Source of the DNA: Prochlorococcus sp. AG-321-D23
GTDB taxonomy: Bacteria; Cyanobacteriota; Cyanobacteriia; PCC-6307; Cyanobiaceae
Reading direction: 5' to 3'
Assembly (NCBI GenBank): GCA_003283445.1
Contig: QBXG01000001.1
Span: 1,587 to 65,586 of the forward strand
Length of the DNA: 64,000 nt
Each line of letters begins with the position of its first letter. Within the stretch, counting starts at the first letter, position 1. Below, piece after piece: positions 35,287-46,507 of this stretch. The position numbers were made by a program, and so were the translations under genes. A model generated the notes under the pieces. It searched no databases. It saw nothing but the letters and a program-made list of their open reading frames with translations, and was not told the origin of the DNA.

Positions 35287-35514
35287 TTAATAATGATTAG
35301 GTTTATCTATATCTCTTTTAATTAGAGCCATTAAATAAGTAGGGGCTTTATATCTTCCAGGAAGGCATCTATTTAATGTTTCAAGATGACCCCAACAAAC
35401 TGTCCTTTCAATCTCTTTTAGTGAATTTCCTTTTAAAATTAATAGCCTTAGCGCTTTACAAAATAAAGGGTAGCCAGCTTCTAGTTCGTCTATATTTAGC
35501 TTTGCTGCTGTCAT
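35287..35514 (-). CDS. DUF3136-like picocyanobacterial small protein
   Basis: ELEAGYPLFCKALRLL...RTVCWGHLETLNRCLPGRYKAP. Confidence 0.7.
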   Translation of the reverse strand: MTAAKLNIDELEAGYPLFCKALRLLILKGNSLKEIERTVCWGHLETLNRCLPGRYKAPTYLMALIKRDIDKPNHY

Positions 35515-35599
35515 AGATCATAGAAGTTTTGTTATTTAATAATCTATACAAATATGGCGCACAATTGGTTCTTATTTCAAATTTCTAAATAATAATAAA

Positions 35600-35992
35600 T
35601 TAATCTATAAAAGCCACGCAATCTATTTCAATTAAAACGCCTTTTGGCAAAGAAGAAACTTCTACACATGCTCTTGCCGGTGGGTTCTCTACATTAAAAA
35701 AATCACTGTAAATATCGTTAACAGTTTTAAAATTTTTTAAATCAGTTAAATAAATAGTCGTTTTTATTACATCTTCTGCTCTTGCTCCTCCAGCATTAAG
35801 AACAGCTAAAAGATTTTTTAAAACTTGAGTAGTTTCTTTCTCAATATTACCAAGGCAATTTATTTTATTTGAAACTGGATCGATGGCAATTTGACCCGAA
35901 CAATAAATAAAATTTCCTGCTTTGATTGCTTGATTATAGGGACCAACAGGGTCTGGTGCATTAGCAGTCTTAATTACTTTTATTGAAGACAT
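35600..35992 (-). CDS. RidA/YjgF-family enamine deaminase
   Basis: AP.PVGPYNQA, SGQIA, PARACVEV..LPKG..IEID. Confidence 0.92.
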   Translation of the reverse strand: MSSIKVIKTANAPDPVGPYNQAIKAGNFIYCSGQIAIDPVSNKINCLGNIEKETTQVLKNLLAVLNAGGARAEDVIKTTIYLTDLKNFKTVNDIYSDFFNVENPPARACVEVSSLPKGVLIEIDCVAFID

Positions 35993-36016
35993 TTAAATAT
36001 GGATATTTATATAAAT

Positions 36017-36757
36017 TTAAACCCATGAATCTTTATTTGCTCTTAAAAAAGAAAATTTTTTTAAATTATCTGCTCTTAGAAACAGATTAATTTTCATCTC
36101 TTCTTCAAGTAGGCATGGAATTGTAAGTTCTTTTAAAGCAATTTTCTTTTCAACTTCAATGAGTTTATTTTTAATAATTTGATTCTCTGGTTCAAGATCT
36201 AAAGCCCACAAAAGATTTGACTTCGTATATTCATGAGCACAGTAGATGAGAGTGTTTTTGGGTAATGACTTAATTCTTTTAAGAGAATTATACATTTGTT
36301 TATAAGTGCCTTCAAAGATTCTTCCACAACCAGCTGAAAATAAAGTATCACCAACAAAAAGGATAGGGACTTTATTATTTAAGTAGAAAGCTATATGAGA
36401 GCTCGTGTGTCCTATTACTTCGAGTACTTTAACTTCTTCATCTAATAACTCTAATGTGTCTCCATCCTTAACTGATGAATTCTGGAATGGTATACGATCT
36501 TTTTCTTTAACCGAGGCTATAACCTTAACATTTGGCCATTCCTTTATGAGTTCTCTAGTCCCTCCAATATGATCAGAATGATGATGAGTTTGTAATATAG
36601 CCTCTAAATAAAGATTATTGGTTTTCAAGTATTCTATTACAGGTTGAGAAAGAGCAGGATCAATAACTACTGCTGATTTATTTTTTTTCCAGAGCCAAAT
36701 AACATTATCACTTAGTACTCTAATCCCAATTATTTTTTGCTCTTTATTAAATTCCAT
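36017..36757 (-). CDS. gloB: Hydroxyacylglutathione hydrolase (glyoxalase II)
   Basis: [30 protein letters not shown]. Start reassigned to ATG 36757 to avoid overlap with hisG. Confidence 0.92.
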   Translation of the reverse strand: MEFNKEQKIIGIRVLSDNVIWLWKKNKSAVVIDPALSQPVIEYLKTNNLYLEAILQTHHHSDHIGGTRELIKEWPNVKVIASVKEKDRIPFQNSSVKDGDTLELLDEEVKVLEVIGHTSSHIAFYLNNKVPILFVGDTLFSAGCGRIFEGTYKQMYNSLKRIKSLPKNTLIYCAHEYTKSNLLWALDLEPENQIIKNKLIEVEKKIALKELTIPCLLEEEMKINLFLRADNLKKFSFLRANKDSWV

Positions 36758-36800
36758 TATTACCTTAGAATTAAAAAAATGTTTGAAAATAAATTGATAT

Positions 36801-37448
36801 ATGATTACTATAGCTTTACCTAAAGGAGCTCTGTTAAAAGATTCAATTTCAATTTTTAAAAAAGCAGGATTGAACTTTTCTGAGGCACTGCTAGAAAATA
36901 ATAGATCATTAACTATTGAATCTAAATGTAAACGAGCCAAAGCCTTATTGGTAAGAAATGGAGACGTCCCAGTTTATGTAAGTTACGGGCAAGCAGATTT
37001 AGGAATTGTAGGATACGACGTATTACAGGAATCTGAATTGAAAGTTGCTAAATTACTTGATTTAGAGTTTGGTGGATGTCATATGTCACTTGCCGTAAAA
37101 AATGATAGTAATTATTCAAAACCTACGGATCTTCCGGCTAATTGTAAAGTGGCAAGTAAATTTACAAAAACTGCAAGAGCCTATTTTGATGATTTAAATA
37201 TACCAGTTGAGATTGTTCATCTAACGGGATCAGTAGAGCTTGGCCCTATTACTGGAATGGCAGAAGCCATAATAGATTTGGTCGCTACAGGTAAGACTCT
37301 TCAAGAAAATGGTTTAAGTAAAATTGACGATCTTTTTTATTCAACTGCAAGATTAATAGCTAATCCTCTCTCTCTTAGATTAGATAGTAACCCTCTCCGA
37401 GATGTGATTTTATCAATAGAATCTTCTAAGAATATATTAAATATTTAA
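36801..37448 (+). CDS. hisG: ATP phosphoribosyltransferase, short form
   Basis: [30 protein letters not shown]; 215 aa without the C-terminal regulatory domain. Confidence 0.95.
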   Translation: MITIALPKGALLKDSISIFKKAGLNFSEALLENNRSLTIESKCKRAKALLVRNGDVPVYVSYGQADLGIVGYDVLQESELKVAKLLDLEFGGCHMSLAVKNDSNYSKPTDLPANCKVASKFTKTARAYFDDLNIPVEIVHLTGSVELGPITGMAEAIIDLVATGKTLQENGLSKIDDLFYSTARLIANPLSLRLDSNPLRDVILSIESSKNILNI

Positions 37449-37452
37449 AGTA

Positions 37453-39249
37453 ATGTTTTTGAATGATTTTGATAGAATAAAAAAGTTAGGTAGATATTTA
37501 ACTAAAGATAAAAAAACTATTTATCTTATTTTAATAGTCTTATTACCAGTTTCATTCGCAGGGGCTATTCAACCATTATTAGTTGGTCAAGCGATAACAA
37601 TCTTAAAAAATGAGAGCACAGATGTCTGGTTAAGTAAAACCTTCTTTGGGCAATCTATCAATATAATTATTATCACTTTGTTTATAACTGTTCTATTTAG
37701 ATTAGTTTTGCAAGGATATCAATCATATAATATTCAATCTGTTGGTCAAAGATTAACAGCAAGGATTAGAAGAGAACTTTTCGAACATTCTATTTCTCTT
37801 TCTCTTAAGTATCACGATAAAATGCCTGTCGGTAAATTGCTAACAAGACTTACCAATGATGTGGATGCCTTGGCTGAGGTTTTTGGCAGTGGAGCCGTCG
37901 GAGTTATTGCTGATTTTGTTAGTCTTATAGTCATTTCATTAACGATGCTTTCTATAGACAAAGGGTTGGCAACTTTGCTTCTTTTAACTCAAATACCGGT
38001 TTCATATTTTATTATTTGGCTTCAAAAACGCTATAGAAAAGCAAATTATCAAGTAAGAGAGGAATTGTCTCAACTTAACTCTGATTTCCAAGAGAATCTT
38101 CAAGGTTTAGAGGTCGTTCAAATGTTTAGGAGAGAGTTTTTCAATAGTAGGAAATTTTCTAATACGGGTATTGCGTACCAGAAAGCAGTTAATGGAACCA
38201 TTTTTTATGATAGTAGTATATCTGCTTTTATAGAATGGATATCCCTTGCAGCAGTTTCATTAGTATTGGCGGTGGGAGGATATCTAGTAACTTCGGGAAA
38301 TATTGGTTTAGGAACATTAACAACTTTTATACTTTACTCCCAAAGACTCTTCGAGCCTTTAAGACAGTTAGCAGAGAGATTTACACAGATTCAAGGGGGA
38401 CTAACTGCTGTAGAGAGAATAAATGAATTGTTAGATGAAGAAATTGAGATTAAAGACTCTATTTCTACTCAACAACTTTCAGGAGGAATTTTAAGTAAGG
38501 ATTATAAATTTAAAGGGAAAATTGAATTTCGAAATGTCAATTTTTTTTATAACGAAGGTGAACATGTAATAAAAGACCTATCATTTTTAGTTAATCCAGG
38601 AGAGCATGTAGCTTTTGTTGGCCCAACTGGTTCTGGTAAAACAACCATAATAAGATTGTTATGTAGACTTTATGAGCCTCAAGAAGGCAAGATTTTGATA
38701 GATGATGTAGATATTAAGGATATACCAATAGCAAGACTTAGAAATATGCTAGGCGTTGTGCTACAAGATACTTTTATTTTCAGTGGTGATGTTGCAGAAA
38801 ACTTAAAATTAAGTACTGATATTAATAAACAAGACTTAGAAAAAATTTGTATAGAGCTTGGTTTAGATACTTTATTGAAAAAGTTGCCTGATGGTTTGAA
38901 TACTTATCTTAGAGAGAGAGGAGGTAATCTTTCATCAGGAGAAAGACAACTTCTTTCTGTAGCTAGGGTAGCCATAAGAAATCCAATTATCTTAATAATG
39001 GATGAAGCCACTGCATTTATGGATCCATCTACAGAAGCTACCTTGCAAAAAGATCTTGAAAGGATTTTGAATAAAAGAACAGCATTAGTGATCGCACATA
39101 GGTTAGCTACTATTGAGAAATCTGATAAAATATTAGTTTTAAAAGGGGGAGCTTTAATTGAAGAAGGGAATCATAGAGAGCTTAGACTCAAAAAAGGATT
39201 ATATTTCCAACTTTCCGAGCTTCAAGAAAAAGGATTTGCTAGCTTTTAA
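37453..39249 (+). CDS. ABC exporter, fused TMD-NBD (MsbA/MdlB-like)
   Basis: TM domain plus GPTGSGKT, LSSGERQ, ILIMDEAT, IAHRL. Confidence 0.92.
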   Translation: MFLNDFDRIKKLGRYLTKDKKTIYLILIVLLPVSFAGAIQPLLVGQAITILKNESTDVWLSKTFFGQSINIIIITLFITVLFRLVLQGYQSYNIQSVGQRLTARIRRELFEHSISLSLKYHDKMPVGKLLTRLTNDVDALAEVFGSGAVGVIADFVSLIVISLTMLSIDKGLATLLLLTQIPVSYFIIWLQKRYRKANYQVREELSQLNSDFQENLQGLEVVQMFRREFFNSRKFSNTGIAYQKAVNGTIFYDSSISAFIEWISLAAVSLVLAVGGYLVTSGNIGLGTLTTFILYSQRLFEPLRQLAERFTQIQGGLTAVERINELLDEEIEIKDSISTQQLSGGILSKDYKFKGKIEFRNVNFFYNEGEHVIKDLSFLVNPGEHVAFVGPTGSGKTTIIRLLCRLYEPQEGKILIDDVDIKDIPIARLRNMLGVVLQDTFIFSGDVAENLKLSTDINKQDLEKICIELGLDTLLKKLPDGLNTYLRERGGNLSSGERQLLSVARVAIRNPIILIMDEATAFMDPSTEATLQKDLERILNKRTALVIAHRLATIEKSDKILVLKGGALIEEGNHRELRLKKGLYFQLSELQEKGFASF

Positions 39250-39779
39250 TGATTTTTAGGAACAAAAGGTCATCAATTAAGAATACAAATATTCTTTCTC
39301 AAGGTGATCTGGTTAAATATTATGGTTTAAATTCTTATGAATTCACCCATCAAGAGAAAAAAGAGATTTTTGTTTGTAGTAAGGTCAAAGAGTTTGATCT
39401 TATTGAGTTAGATCAACTTTTGCAGACTGTAGGATGGAGCAGGAGGCCAATAAGGAGAGTTAAAAGAGCTTTAGAATATAGTATTCTAGTGGTTGGGTTA
39501 TGGCGTCATGATGAAAAATTTCCTAGGCTTGTAGGTTTCGCCAGATGTACTGGGGACGGGATTATTGAGGCAACTATTTGGGATGTTGCTGTCAATCCTG
39601 TTTATCAAGGACTTGGTTTAGGTAAAGAATTAATGAAATATATATTGCAAGAATTAAAAAAAATTGGAATATCAAAAGTTACTTTATTCGCGGATGCCGA
39701 GGTGGTTTCATTTTATAAAAGGCAGGGTTGGGAATTAGAACCAAAAGGTTCAAAATGTGCTTTTTGGTATGCAAATTAA
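39249..39779 (+). CDS. GNAT acetyltransferase (Ycf52-like)
   Basis: VGWSRRP, ATIWDVAV.P.YQGLGLG, FY...GW. Confidence 0.85.
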   Translation: MIFRNKRSSIKNTNILSQGDLVKYYGLNSYEFTHQEKKEIFVCSKVKEFDLIELDQLLQTVGWSRRPIRRVKRALEYSILVVGLWRHDEKFPRLVGFARCTGDGIIEATIWDVAVNPVYQGLGLGKELMKYILQELKKIGISKVTLFADAEVVSFYKRQGWELEPKGSKCAFWYAN

Positions 39780-39780
39780 T

Positions 39781-40464
39781 TTAATTTTTATAATAATCAT
39801 TATGTAATGATTTTATTGACTCCCCTCTCGACCATCTTTTCCTGTAACTCCAATTCTTGAATGCTTGAAAAATAATATTAGTTTTTTCCCACTTTCTACT
39901 ACTTGTATAAATCGGAATAGTTAATCTTTTTAAAGATGCCTTATTCTTTAATCTTTTTATAAAATCTAAATCCTCCATCAAAGGAATTTTTCGGTACCCT
40001 TTATTTTTAAAATATGTTTCCCTTTTAATTAAGAGACCTTGATCACCATATGGATCTTTGAAAATGTTGCTTCTAAGATTTACAACTATCTCGAGAAATC
40101 TGTAAATAATCTTTTTATTATTAATCTTGAATTTAAAAAAACAAACAGAATTTTCATCATATCTAATTACCGATATCACTTTTTTTAACCAATCTTGACT
40201 AAGCCTAGAATCGGCATGTAAGAAAATGAACCATTTTCCTGTAGCCTTTTTGGCCCCGATATTTAATTGCAACCCTCTGTTCCTTTTTTTTGATTTATAT
40301 ATCCTTGATCCGTATAACTTTCCTATCTCTATAGTTTTATCCTCACTATTACAATCTACAATTATAACTTCTGCTACCTCATAAGAAATTGATAAATCCG
40401 AGAGAAGTAATGGTAAGTGTTGAGATTCGTTATAAGTTGGAATAATAATTGAGATTTTAGGCAA
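39781..40464 (-). CDS. GT2 glycosyltransferase (TIGR04283-like)
   Basis: ISIIIPTYNE, RG.QLN.GA, FLHADS, YGDQG, LMED, TSSRKW. Confidence 0.85.
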   Translation of the reverse strand: MPKISIIIPTYNESQHLPLLLSDLSISYEVAEVIIVDCNSEDKTIEIGKLYGSRIYKSKKRNRGLQLNIGAKKATGKWFIFLHADSRLSQDWLKKVISVIRYDENSVCFFKFKINNKKIIYRFLEIVVNLRSNIFKDPYGDQGLLIKRETYFKNKGYRKIPLMEDLDFIKRLKNKASLKRLTIPIYTSSRKWEKTNIIFQAFKNWSYRKRWSRGESIKSLHNDYYKN

Positions 40465-40469
40465 CTTAA

Positions 40470-41105
40470 TTATTCTCTTTTTTCTATATCTATAATTGTA
40501 TCAATATCTATTTTTGAATGAAGAAAGTCATACTTTAAGTCCATTGAAGAAAAGTTTTTAATAGTTTGTAAAAGGACGTCTTCTCTACCCCATTTAATGT
40601 TTATAAAGGGTAAATATAAATCAGTAGATAATAATCTTTCAGAAAAAGCAATAAGCCAATATCCTCCATCATTTGATGGACCTAAAATCAGATCATTTTT
40701 TTTAAGTTTTGAGAGAGTATTTAATAAATCCATATGACAAAAATCTGGAAGATCAGTCCCTATAAAAATAATATTTTTTGTTTTATTTAAACTATTTTTT
40801 TTATTTATAAGAATTTGCCTTCTCATCTTTTCTCCTAAACACCCTCTACCTTGTAAATTAAAATTTTTAATTCCTAATTCATTACTCCACCTTTTGCAAT
40901 TTTTTAATCCTAGTCCGGATATGGCTAAGGAAATATCAATCATACCTTTATTCTCCAGAAATTTCGCAACTGAAACAGTATGACCGGTCATTTTTTTCTG
41001 CACTTTTGCAGAACTAATTTTCCCTATATCTTTTGATAATCTATTTTTACAACGACCATAAGCATGCCACTTAGCCATCACTATAAGTAGTGCTTTATCC
41101 AACAA
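40470..41105 (-). CDS. DUF2064/TIGR04282-like transferase
   Basis: MAK...GRCKNRL, QG.G.LGEKM, IGTDLP, LGPSNDGGYWLI, DID. Confidence 0.82.
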   Translation of the reverse strand: MLDKALLIVMAKWHAYGRCKNRLSKDIGKISSAKVQKKMTGHTVSVAKFLENKGMIDISLAISGLGLKNCKRWSNELGIKNFNLQGRGCLGEKMRRQILINKKNSLNKTKNIIFIGTDLPDFCHMDLLNTLSKLKKNDLILGPSNDGGYWLIAFSERLLSTDLYLPFINIKWGREDVLLQTIKNFSSMDLKYDFLHSKIDIDTIIDIEKRE

Positions 41106-41273
41106 AACATAAACAAGGTGTAATTATTATAAGGTTTAGGCAATTAATAGATTTCACTTTTTCAAATTTATAATCTGCATTGTTAATAAATTTTAAATTT
41201 ATCATGATCTTATGATTTGAGACAGACCAATTAATAAATTCCTACTAGATTAAATATCTATTGAAAAAATTTA

Positions 41274-42665
41274 GTGCAAGCAGCCAATCCTATTTGGGCA
41301 GAAGTTCAACAATTACTTCAAAAGAATTTAAGCAAGCCTTCTTTCGAAACTTGGATAAGGCCAGCAAAATTTAATTGTTTTGAAAATGGATTGTTAACTC
41401 TGATTACTCCAAATAACTTTACAAGTGATTGGCTACGAAAAAATTATAGTGAAACTATTGAAAAAGCTGCAGAAGAAATTTGTGGACATAATGTAAAAGT
41501 AGTTTTTAAGTCTGAAACTAATATCAAAAACAATTCAAATTCTTCTGATTCTGTTAGCTTGCAAAATATTAATTCTCAATCAAAAGCATTCTTGATAAAT
41601 AAAGGTAATAATTCAATTAATAGACAAAAAAAATCTCATTCTTTAAATACACGTTATGTCTTTAAAAGATTTGTTGTAGGTCCTAATAGTCGAATGGCCC
41701 ATGCTGCAGCTTTAGCAGTGGCAGAATCTCCAGGAAGAGAATTTAATCCCTTATTTATTTGTGGTGGTGTCGGCCTTGGAAAGACTCACTTGATGCAAGC
41801 TGTTGGTCATTATCGAGTAGAAATTGATCCAGATGCGAAAGTTTTATATGTCTCCACTGAAACTTTCAGCAGTGATTTAATTCAATCTATTAGAAAAGAT
41901 GGAATGCATGCCTTTAAAAATAAATATAGATCAGTAGATCTATTATTAATTGACGATATACAATTCTTGGAGGGCAAGGAATATACACAAGAAGAATTTT
42001 TTAATACTTTCAATGCTTTATACGAAGCGGGTAAACAAATCGTTATTGCAAGTGATAGGCCTCCTAGTCAAATACCTAAATTACAAGAAAGGCTAATTTC
42101 AAGATTCTCAATGGGATTGATAGCAGATATTCAACCTCCTGATATAGAGACAAGAATGGCGATACTGCAGAAAAAAGCTGAACAAGAAAGAATGAATCTC
42201 CCAAGAGATTTGATTCAATTTATCGCAGGAAGATTTTCTTCAAATATTCGAGAATTAGAAGGAGCCTTTACTAGGGCAGTAGCTTTTGCCTCAATAACTG
42301 GATTACCTATGACAGTTCAATCAATTGCTCCAATGCTTGATCCAAATAGCGTTGGAGTAGTAGTAACTCCTAAGCAGGTAATTAAAAAAGTCTCAGATTT
42401 CTTTGAAGTTTCAGCTGAAGAATTAGTTAGTTCAAGCAGAAGAAAGCCAGTCAGCCAGGCAAGGCAAATAGGCATGTATCTAATGAGGCAGGGAACTGAT
42501 CTAAGCCTTCCAAAAATTGGAGATGAATTTGGAGGTAAAGACCATACAACAGTTATGTATGCTATTGAGCAAGTGGAAAAAAAATTGTCAAGTGATCCAA
42601 ATGTTGCTAGTCAAGTTCAAAAAATAAAAGATTTACTTCAAATCGATTCAAGAAAAAATTTATAA
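41274..42665 (+). CDS. dnaA: Chromosomal replication initiator
   Basis: [40 protein letters not shown]. Confidence 0.98.
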   Translation: MQAANPIWAEVQQLLQKNLSKPSFETWIRPAKFNCFENGLLTLITPNNFTSDWLRKNYSETIEKAAEEICGHNVKVVFKSETNIKNNSNSSDSVSLQNINSQSKAFLINKGNNSINRQKKSHSLNTRYVFKRFVVGPNSRMAHAAALAVAESPGREFNPLFICGGVGLGKTHLMQAVGHYRVEIDPDAKVLYVSTETFSSDLIQSIRKDGMHAFKNKYRSVDLLLIDDIQFLEGKEYTQEEFFNTFNALYEAGKQIVIASDRPPSQIPKLQERLISRFSMGLIADIQPPDIETRMAILQKKAEQERMNLPRDLIQFIAGRFSSNIRELEGAFTRAVAFASITGLPMTVQSIAPMLDPNSVGVVVTPKQVIKKVSDFFEVSAEELVSSSRRKPVSQARQIGMYLMRQGTDLSLPKIGDEFGGKDHTTVMYAIEQVEKKLSSDPNVASQVQKIKDLLQIDSRKNL

Positions 42666-42669
42666 CATT

Positions 42670-43899
42670 TTATTTTAATATAAATCTAGCAGGATCTTGA
42701 TCATATCTATGTTTTTCTGGGATCTTATCAATTTTGGAATTAAGATTTGTTGACTCAATTTTATTTAAAGATTGTCTTAATATTCTTGCAGAAATTATAG
42801 GCATATCTCTTGGCACAGAAATTCTATTTTTTAAGTAGTTGATAGATGTAGCGGCCTTTTGGGAAACTTCATTGATTTCGGAGGTAATCATATGGGTAAG
42901 AGCAGCCCTTAATGATTCATCAAATAAGTCTTTTTCATAAGGATTAGTGTTAATAAGATTGTCTTTATGTTTTAGGACTCTTTTAAGTGCAAATTTAGCG
43001 TAATAATTCAAGTCAATATCTTGATTAAATTCTAAGTTCCCTAGTCCTTCTCCAACATCTATTAGATTAGAAAAGGAAATTTGTTGATCATTAACATCCC
43101 TAAAGCAGCCACCCATTTGAGGAGGTAGGTCATGGGAATGAGTATGAAAATCACCTTGAGTACCTGCATATGCACTGAAATTTTCAAAAAGGGTTAACCA
43201 TCTATCAATAAAAGGATAATTATTCCTTAAATCGAACCCCTTGTAATAACTTAATGATGCATTCATTCTTTCAATATATGGAATAAAAATTATGTCTCCA
43301 GTACCTGGCTCTAATTTTTCTGAATCATGTATTGTTGAATCAATAAACCCTGTTTTGGATAAACTTAATATTTTTTCTAATTTGCAAATAGATTCTCTAA
43401 ATTTTTTTTTTCGAAAGGATAAATCTAAATAATTAAAGCTTTTTCTGCAAAGCCAATTACACCATGATCTAAAAATTTCTCTTTCTAAATTTCTAACTTC
43501 TACAATATGTTTTGATAATAAAGAGGAACCAAGTGTTCCAAATTCATTTTCTAAAAAAGTGATAATGTTATCACTTTCAGTTATTATCTTGCCATTCAAT
43601 TCTATCGCAGGCAATTTACCAGAACTTACTTTGTTGAGATACCACTTTTCTTTTTGGCCATAACAATACATATTTATTTTCTTCACTTTGTAAGGAATCC
43701 TTTTGAATTCAAGCCATAACCATATTTTTTGACAGTAAGGGCACCAAGAATGTCGATCTCTATAGAAAATCAGTTCGACTTCTTTTTCACAATGGCCAAA
43801 TAATCTTAAGTTTGAATAAGAATTATTTATCCCATTAACTCTATCAATATCATCAATTTTGAACTTACTTAAATCAGCCCAACTCAAGATGTTATTCAT
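42670..43899 (-). CDS. Glutathione S-transferase family protein (Cys-type CPYC)
   Basis: WCPYCQK, LP, ESD, followed by a long helical C-terminal part. Confidence 0.85.
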   Translation of the reverse strand: MNNILSWADLSKFKIDDIDRVNGINNSYSNLRLFGHCEKEVELIFYRDRHSWCPYCQKIWLWLEFKRIPYKVKKINMYCYGQKEKWYLNKVSSGKLPAIELNGKIITESDNIITFLENEFGTLGSSLLSKHIVEVRNLEREIFRSWCNWLCRKSFNYLDLSFRKKKFRESICKLEKILSLSKTGFIDSTIHDSEKLEPGTGDIIFIPYIERMNASLSYYKGFDLRNNYPFIDRWLTLFENFSAYAGTQGDFHTHSHDLPPQMGGCFRDVNDQQISFSNLIDVGEGLGNLEFNQDIDLNYYAKFALKRVLKHKDNLINTNPYEKDLFDESLRAALTHMITSEINEVSQKAATSINYLKNRISVPRDMPIISARILRQSLNKIESTNLNSKIDKIPEKHRYDQDPARFILK

Positions 43900-43935
43900 T
43901 TATCGAATTTAAGCATTATATTTACGATATAATAA

Positions 43936-45315
43936 ATGATTTTTAAGGTATTGGAATTCGAATTTGACTTAATTGTTTTGGGTGCTGGTTCGGGAGGATT
44001 GGCTGCTGCAAAACGGGCTGCGAGTTATGGCGCAAAAGTTGCAATAATTGAGGTAAACAAAATCGGTGGGACCTGCGTTATTCGAGGTTGCGTGCCAAAA
44101 AAATTGATGGTTTATGCTGCTAATAATAGAAGAAATATGTTGTCTTCAGAAGGGTATGGGTTAATAAGCAAAGAAATAACTTTTGAATCAAACATTTTAC
44201 TGAAAAATGTAAGAGAAGAAGTTTCTAGATTAAGTGCTTTACATTCAAATTCTTTAAAAAAATTAAACGTTAAAGTTTTTGAGGGCCTTGGAAGATTTTT
44301 AAATCAAAATACAGTAGAGGTAGTTTGTCCAAATACAAAAAATATTTTAAGAAAAGTAAGTGCCAAAATTATTCTTATTTCAGTTGGTGGCAAACCAAAA
44401 AAATTAAATATTCCTGGGACAGATTTAGCGTGGACCAGCGATGATATTTTTGAATTAAAAGATTTTCCAAAAAAATTATTAATAGTTGGGGGAGGTTATA
44501 TTGCCTGTGAATTTGCATCTATTTTTAAAAACTTAGGAACTGAAGTTACGCAATTAATAAGAGGTGAGAACTTATTAAATGGTTTTGATAAAGACTTGTC
44601 TGAATGTTTAGAAAAATCAATGACTTCCTTAGGTATAAATTTAAAATTCAAAAATCAGTTAAAGTCCATTAAAAAAATAAATGATGGTTTAGAGTTGAAG
44701 TTGGAATCAGGAAGTAAATTATTAACCGATAATATACTTGTTGCAACTGGACGAGAGCCATCCCTTAAAAGATTAAATTTAGATACTTTAAATCTTAAAA
44801 TGGATGGAATATATTTAGAAGTTAATGAGCTTAATCAGACAAGTATTTCTAATATATTTGCTATTGGAGATATAGTAAAAAAACCAAATTTAACACCTGT
44901 AGCAATTGAACAAGGGAGAGTTTTTGCAGATAATTATTTCGCTGCTCTTAAAAGAAAAGTTAATTATGAAAATATTCCTAAGGCAGTCTTTACTATCCCA
45001 GAAATTTCAACAGTTGGACTTAGTGAGGAAAAGGCAAATGAAATTTATTCGGAAGTAAATGTGCAAGTTTTTAAATGTAATTTTACGCCTATGTCTAATA
45101 CCTTTAAAAAAAATAAATCTAAATGCATGTTAAAACTTGTGGTCAATAAAAAAAATGATAAGGTACTAGGCTGCCATATGTTTGGAGAAGCAGCCTCTGA
45201 GATTATACAAATGGTTGCAGTAACTTTAAATGCAGGGATTACTAAAAAGGATTTTGATACTACTATGGCGTTGCATCCTACTATTTCAGAGGAATTTGTA
45301 ACTATGTACGGGTAA
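43936..45315 (+). CDS. gor: Glutathione-disulfide reductase
   Basis: GAGSGG, GGTCVIRGCVPKK, GGGYIACE, HPTISEE. Confidence 0.93.
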   Translation: MIFKVLEFEFDLIVLGAGSGGLAAAKRAASYGAKVAIIEVNKIGGTCVIRGCVPKKLMVYAANNRRNMLSSEGYGLISKEITFESNILLKNVREEVSRLSALHSNSLKKLNVKVFEGLGRFLNQNTVEVVCPNTKNILRKVSAKIILISVGGKPKKLNIPGTDLAWTSDDIFELKDFPKKLLIVGGGYIACEFASIFKNLGTEVTQLIRGENLLNGFDKDLSECLEKSMTSLGINLKFKNQLKSIKKINDGLELKLESGSKLLTDNILVATGREPSLKRLNLDTLNLKMDGIYLEVNELNQTSISNIFAIGDIVKKPNLTPVAIEQGRVFADNYFAALKRKVNYENIPKAVFTIPEISTVGLSEEKANEIYSEVNVQVFKCNFTPMSNTFKKNKSKCMLKLVVNKKNDKVLGCHMFGEAASEIIQMVAVTLNAGITKKDFDTTMALHPTISEEFVTMYG

Positions 45316-45320
45316 TTAAA

Positions 45321-46400
45321 TTATCTTCTCGTTATTTTGAGACTTTCTTGGGCAAAAAGGAATACTGTTAAAGATGCAAAATAAACAAAAATACAAACTC
45401 TCAATTCATAGAGATTGTTAAATCCGTTTAAGAACAATATCTTATCAACGATGTAGAAAATATATAGATTTAAAAGTATAAAGCCTTCAGTTCTTGTAAT
45501 TTTACCCTTGGTCCAAAAGATTGGGAGGCAAGCAAAAGTTGTTAAAACCATAAATGGTAAGTCAACTTTTATAAGACTTTCATCAATTGTAAAACCTTTT
45601 AATCCAGAAAAAATACTGCAACTTCCAAGAATAAGTAGCTGATTAAGCAAATTGCTTCCAATAACATTACCAATTGCAAGATCTGTTTTACCTTTTAATG
45701 CTGCAATTATTGAAGTAACTAGTTCTGGCAGAGAGGTACCAGTCGCAACTATAGTTAGACCAATAATAATTTCGTTTACCCCCAATAGAGTCGCCAAGGA
45801 TTGAGAACCATTTACTAAAATATTTGAACCAAAGCTTAGAAGAAAAATTCCAGATACTAATTTCAATATAATATTTAATTTAACTCTCTCAATGCCTGGA
45901 GACTCTTCTATTTCTGGCTCAGCTTTTTTAGTATCCTCCTCATTTTCCTTAATAGTATTTATTTCCCAAATTGTATTTAAAATTAAACAAAATATTAGAA
46001 AAATTCCTGCTTGCCAAGTTAAAAGACCAGTTGAAGACATTGCCCAGACTGCACATGAAATAGCTATTAAAAGAGGTACATCTCTTCGGACAATTCTACT
46101 TTTTACTTTTAAAGGGGTTATTAATGAGCTTATACCTAAGACAACAAGAACATTAAAAATATTGCTTCCTATTACATTACTTGCTGCGAGTGAGTCACTC
46201 CCCTTAAAGATTGAATTTAAACTTACTAATAATTCAGGAGAACTTGTACCTAAGGAAACTACTGTCAATCCTATTACTATTTGAGGTATCCCTAAAATTA
46301 AAGATAAAGAAATTGCCCCTTGAATGAATAATTCTCCACCTGCAAAAAGTAATATTATTCCAATTATGATCTCTATTATTGGCAATATAAATTCACTCAT
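45321..46400 (-). CDS. Ca2+/Na+ antiporter (CaCA, YrbG-like)
   Basis: Two alpha repeats GTSSPE/GTSLPE with N.IGSN. Confidence 0.92.
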   Translation of the reverse strand: MSEFILPIIEIIIGIILLFAGGELFIQGAISLSLILGIPQIVIGLTVVSLGTSSPELLVSLNSIFKGSDSLAASNVIGSNIFNVLVVLGISSLITPLKVKSRIVRRDVPLLIAISCAVWAMSSTGLLTWQAGIFLIFCLILNTIWEINTIKENEEDTKKAEPEIEESPGIERVKLNIILKLVSGIFLLSFGSNILVNGSQSLATLLGVNEIIIGLTIVATGTSLPELVTSIIAALKGKTDLAIGNVIGSNLLNQLLILGSCSIFSGLKGFTIDESLIKVDLPFMVLTTFACLPIFWTKGKITRTEGFILLNLYIFYIVDKILFLNGFNNLYELRVCIFVYFASLTVFLFAQESLKITRR

Positions 46401-46507
46401 ATTTAAAAGACTTCTTTAGATGATTATATCTTTAATTTATTCAATAACTTTCTGAAAACTATTGTCAATTTTTATTTGCTGTTAAAATTAATTAAATAAT
46501 TAAAATT

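Noticed and set aside
36758-36940. N-terminal extension of gloB overlapping hisG
   Set aside because: Longest-ORF artefact; ATG at 36757 gives a normal-length GloB with no overlap.
41106-41273. oriC next to dnaA
   Set aside because: No cluster of TTATCCACA-like boxes is seen and dnaN is not adjacent. dnaA separated from the origin is normal in cyanobacteria.
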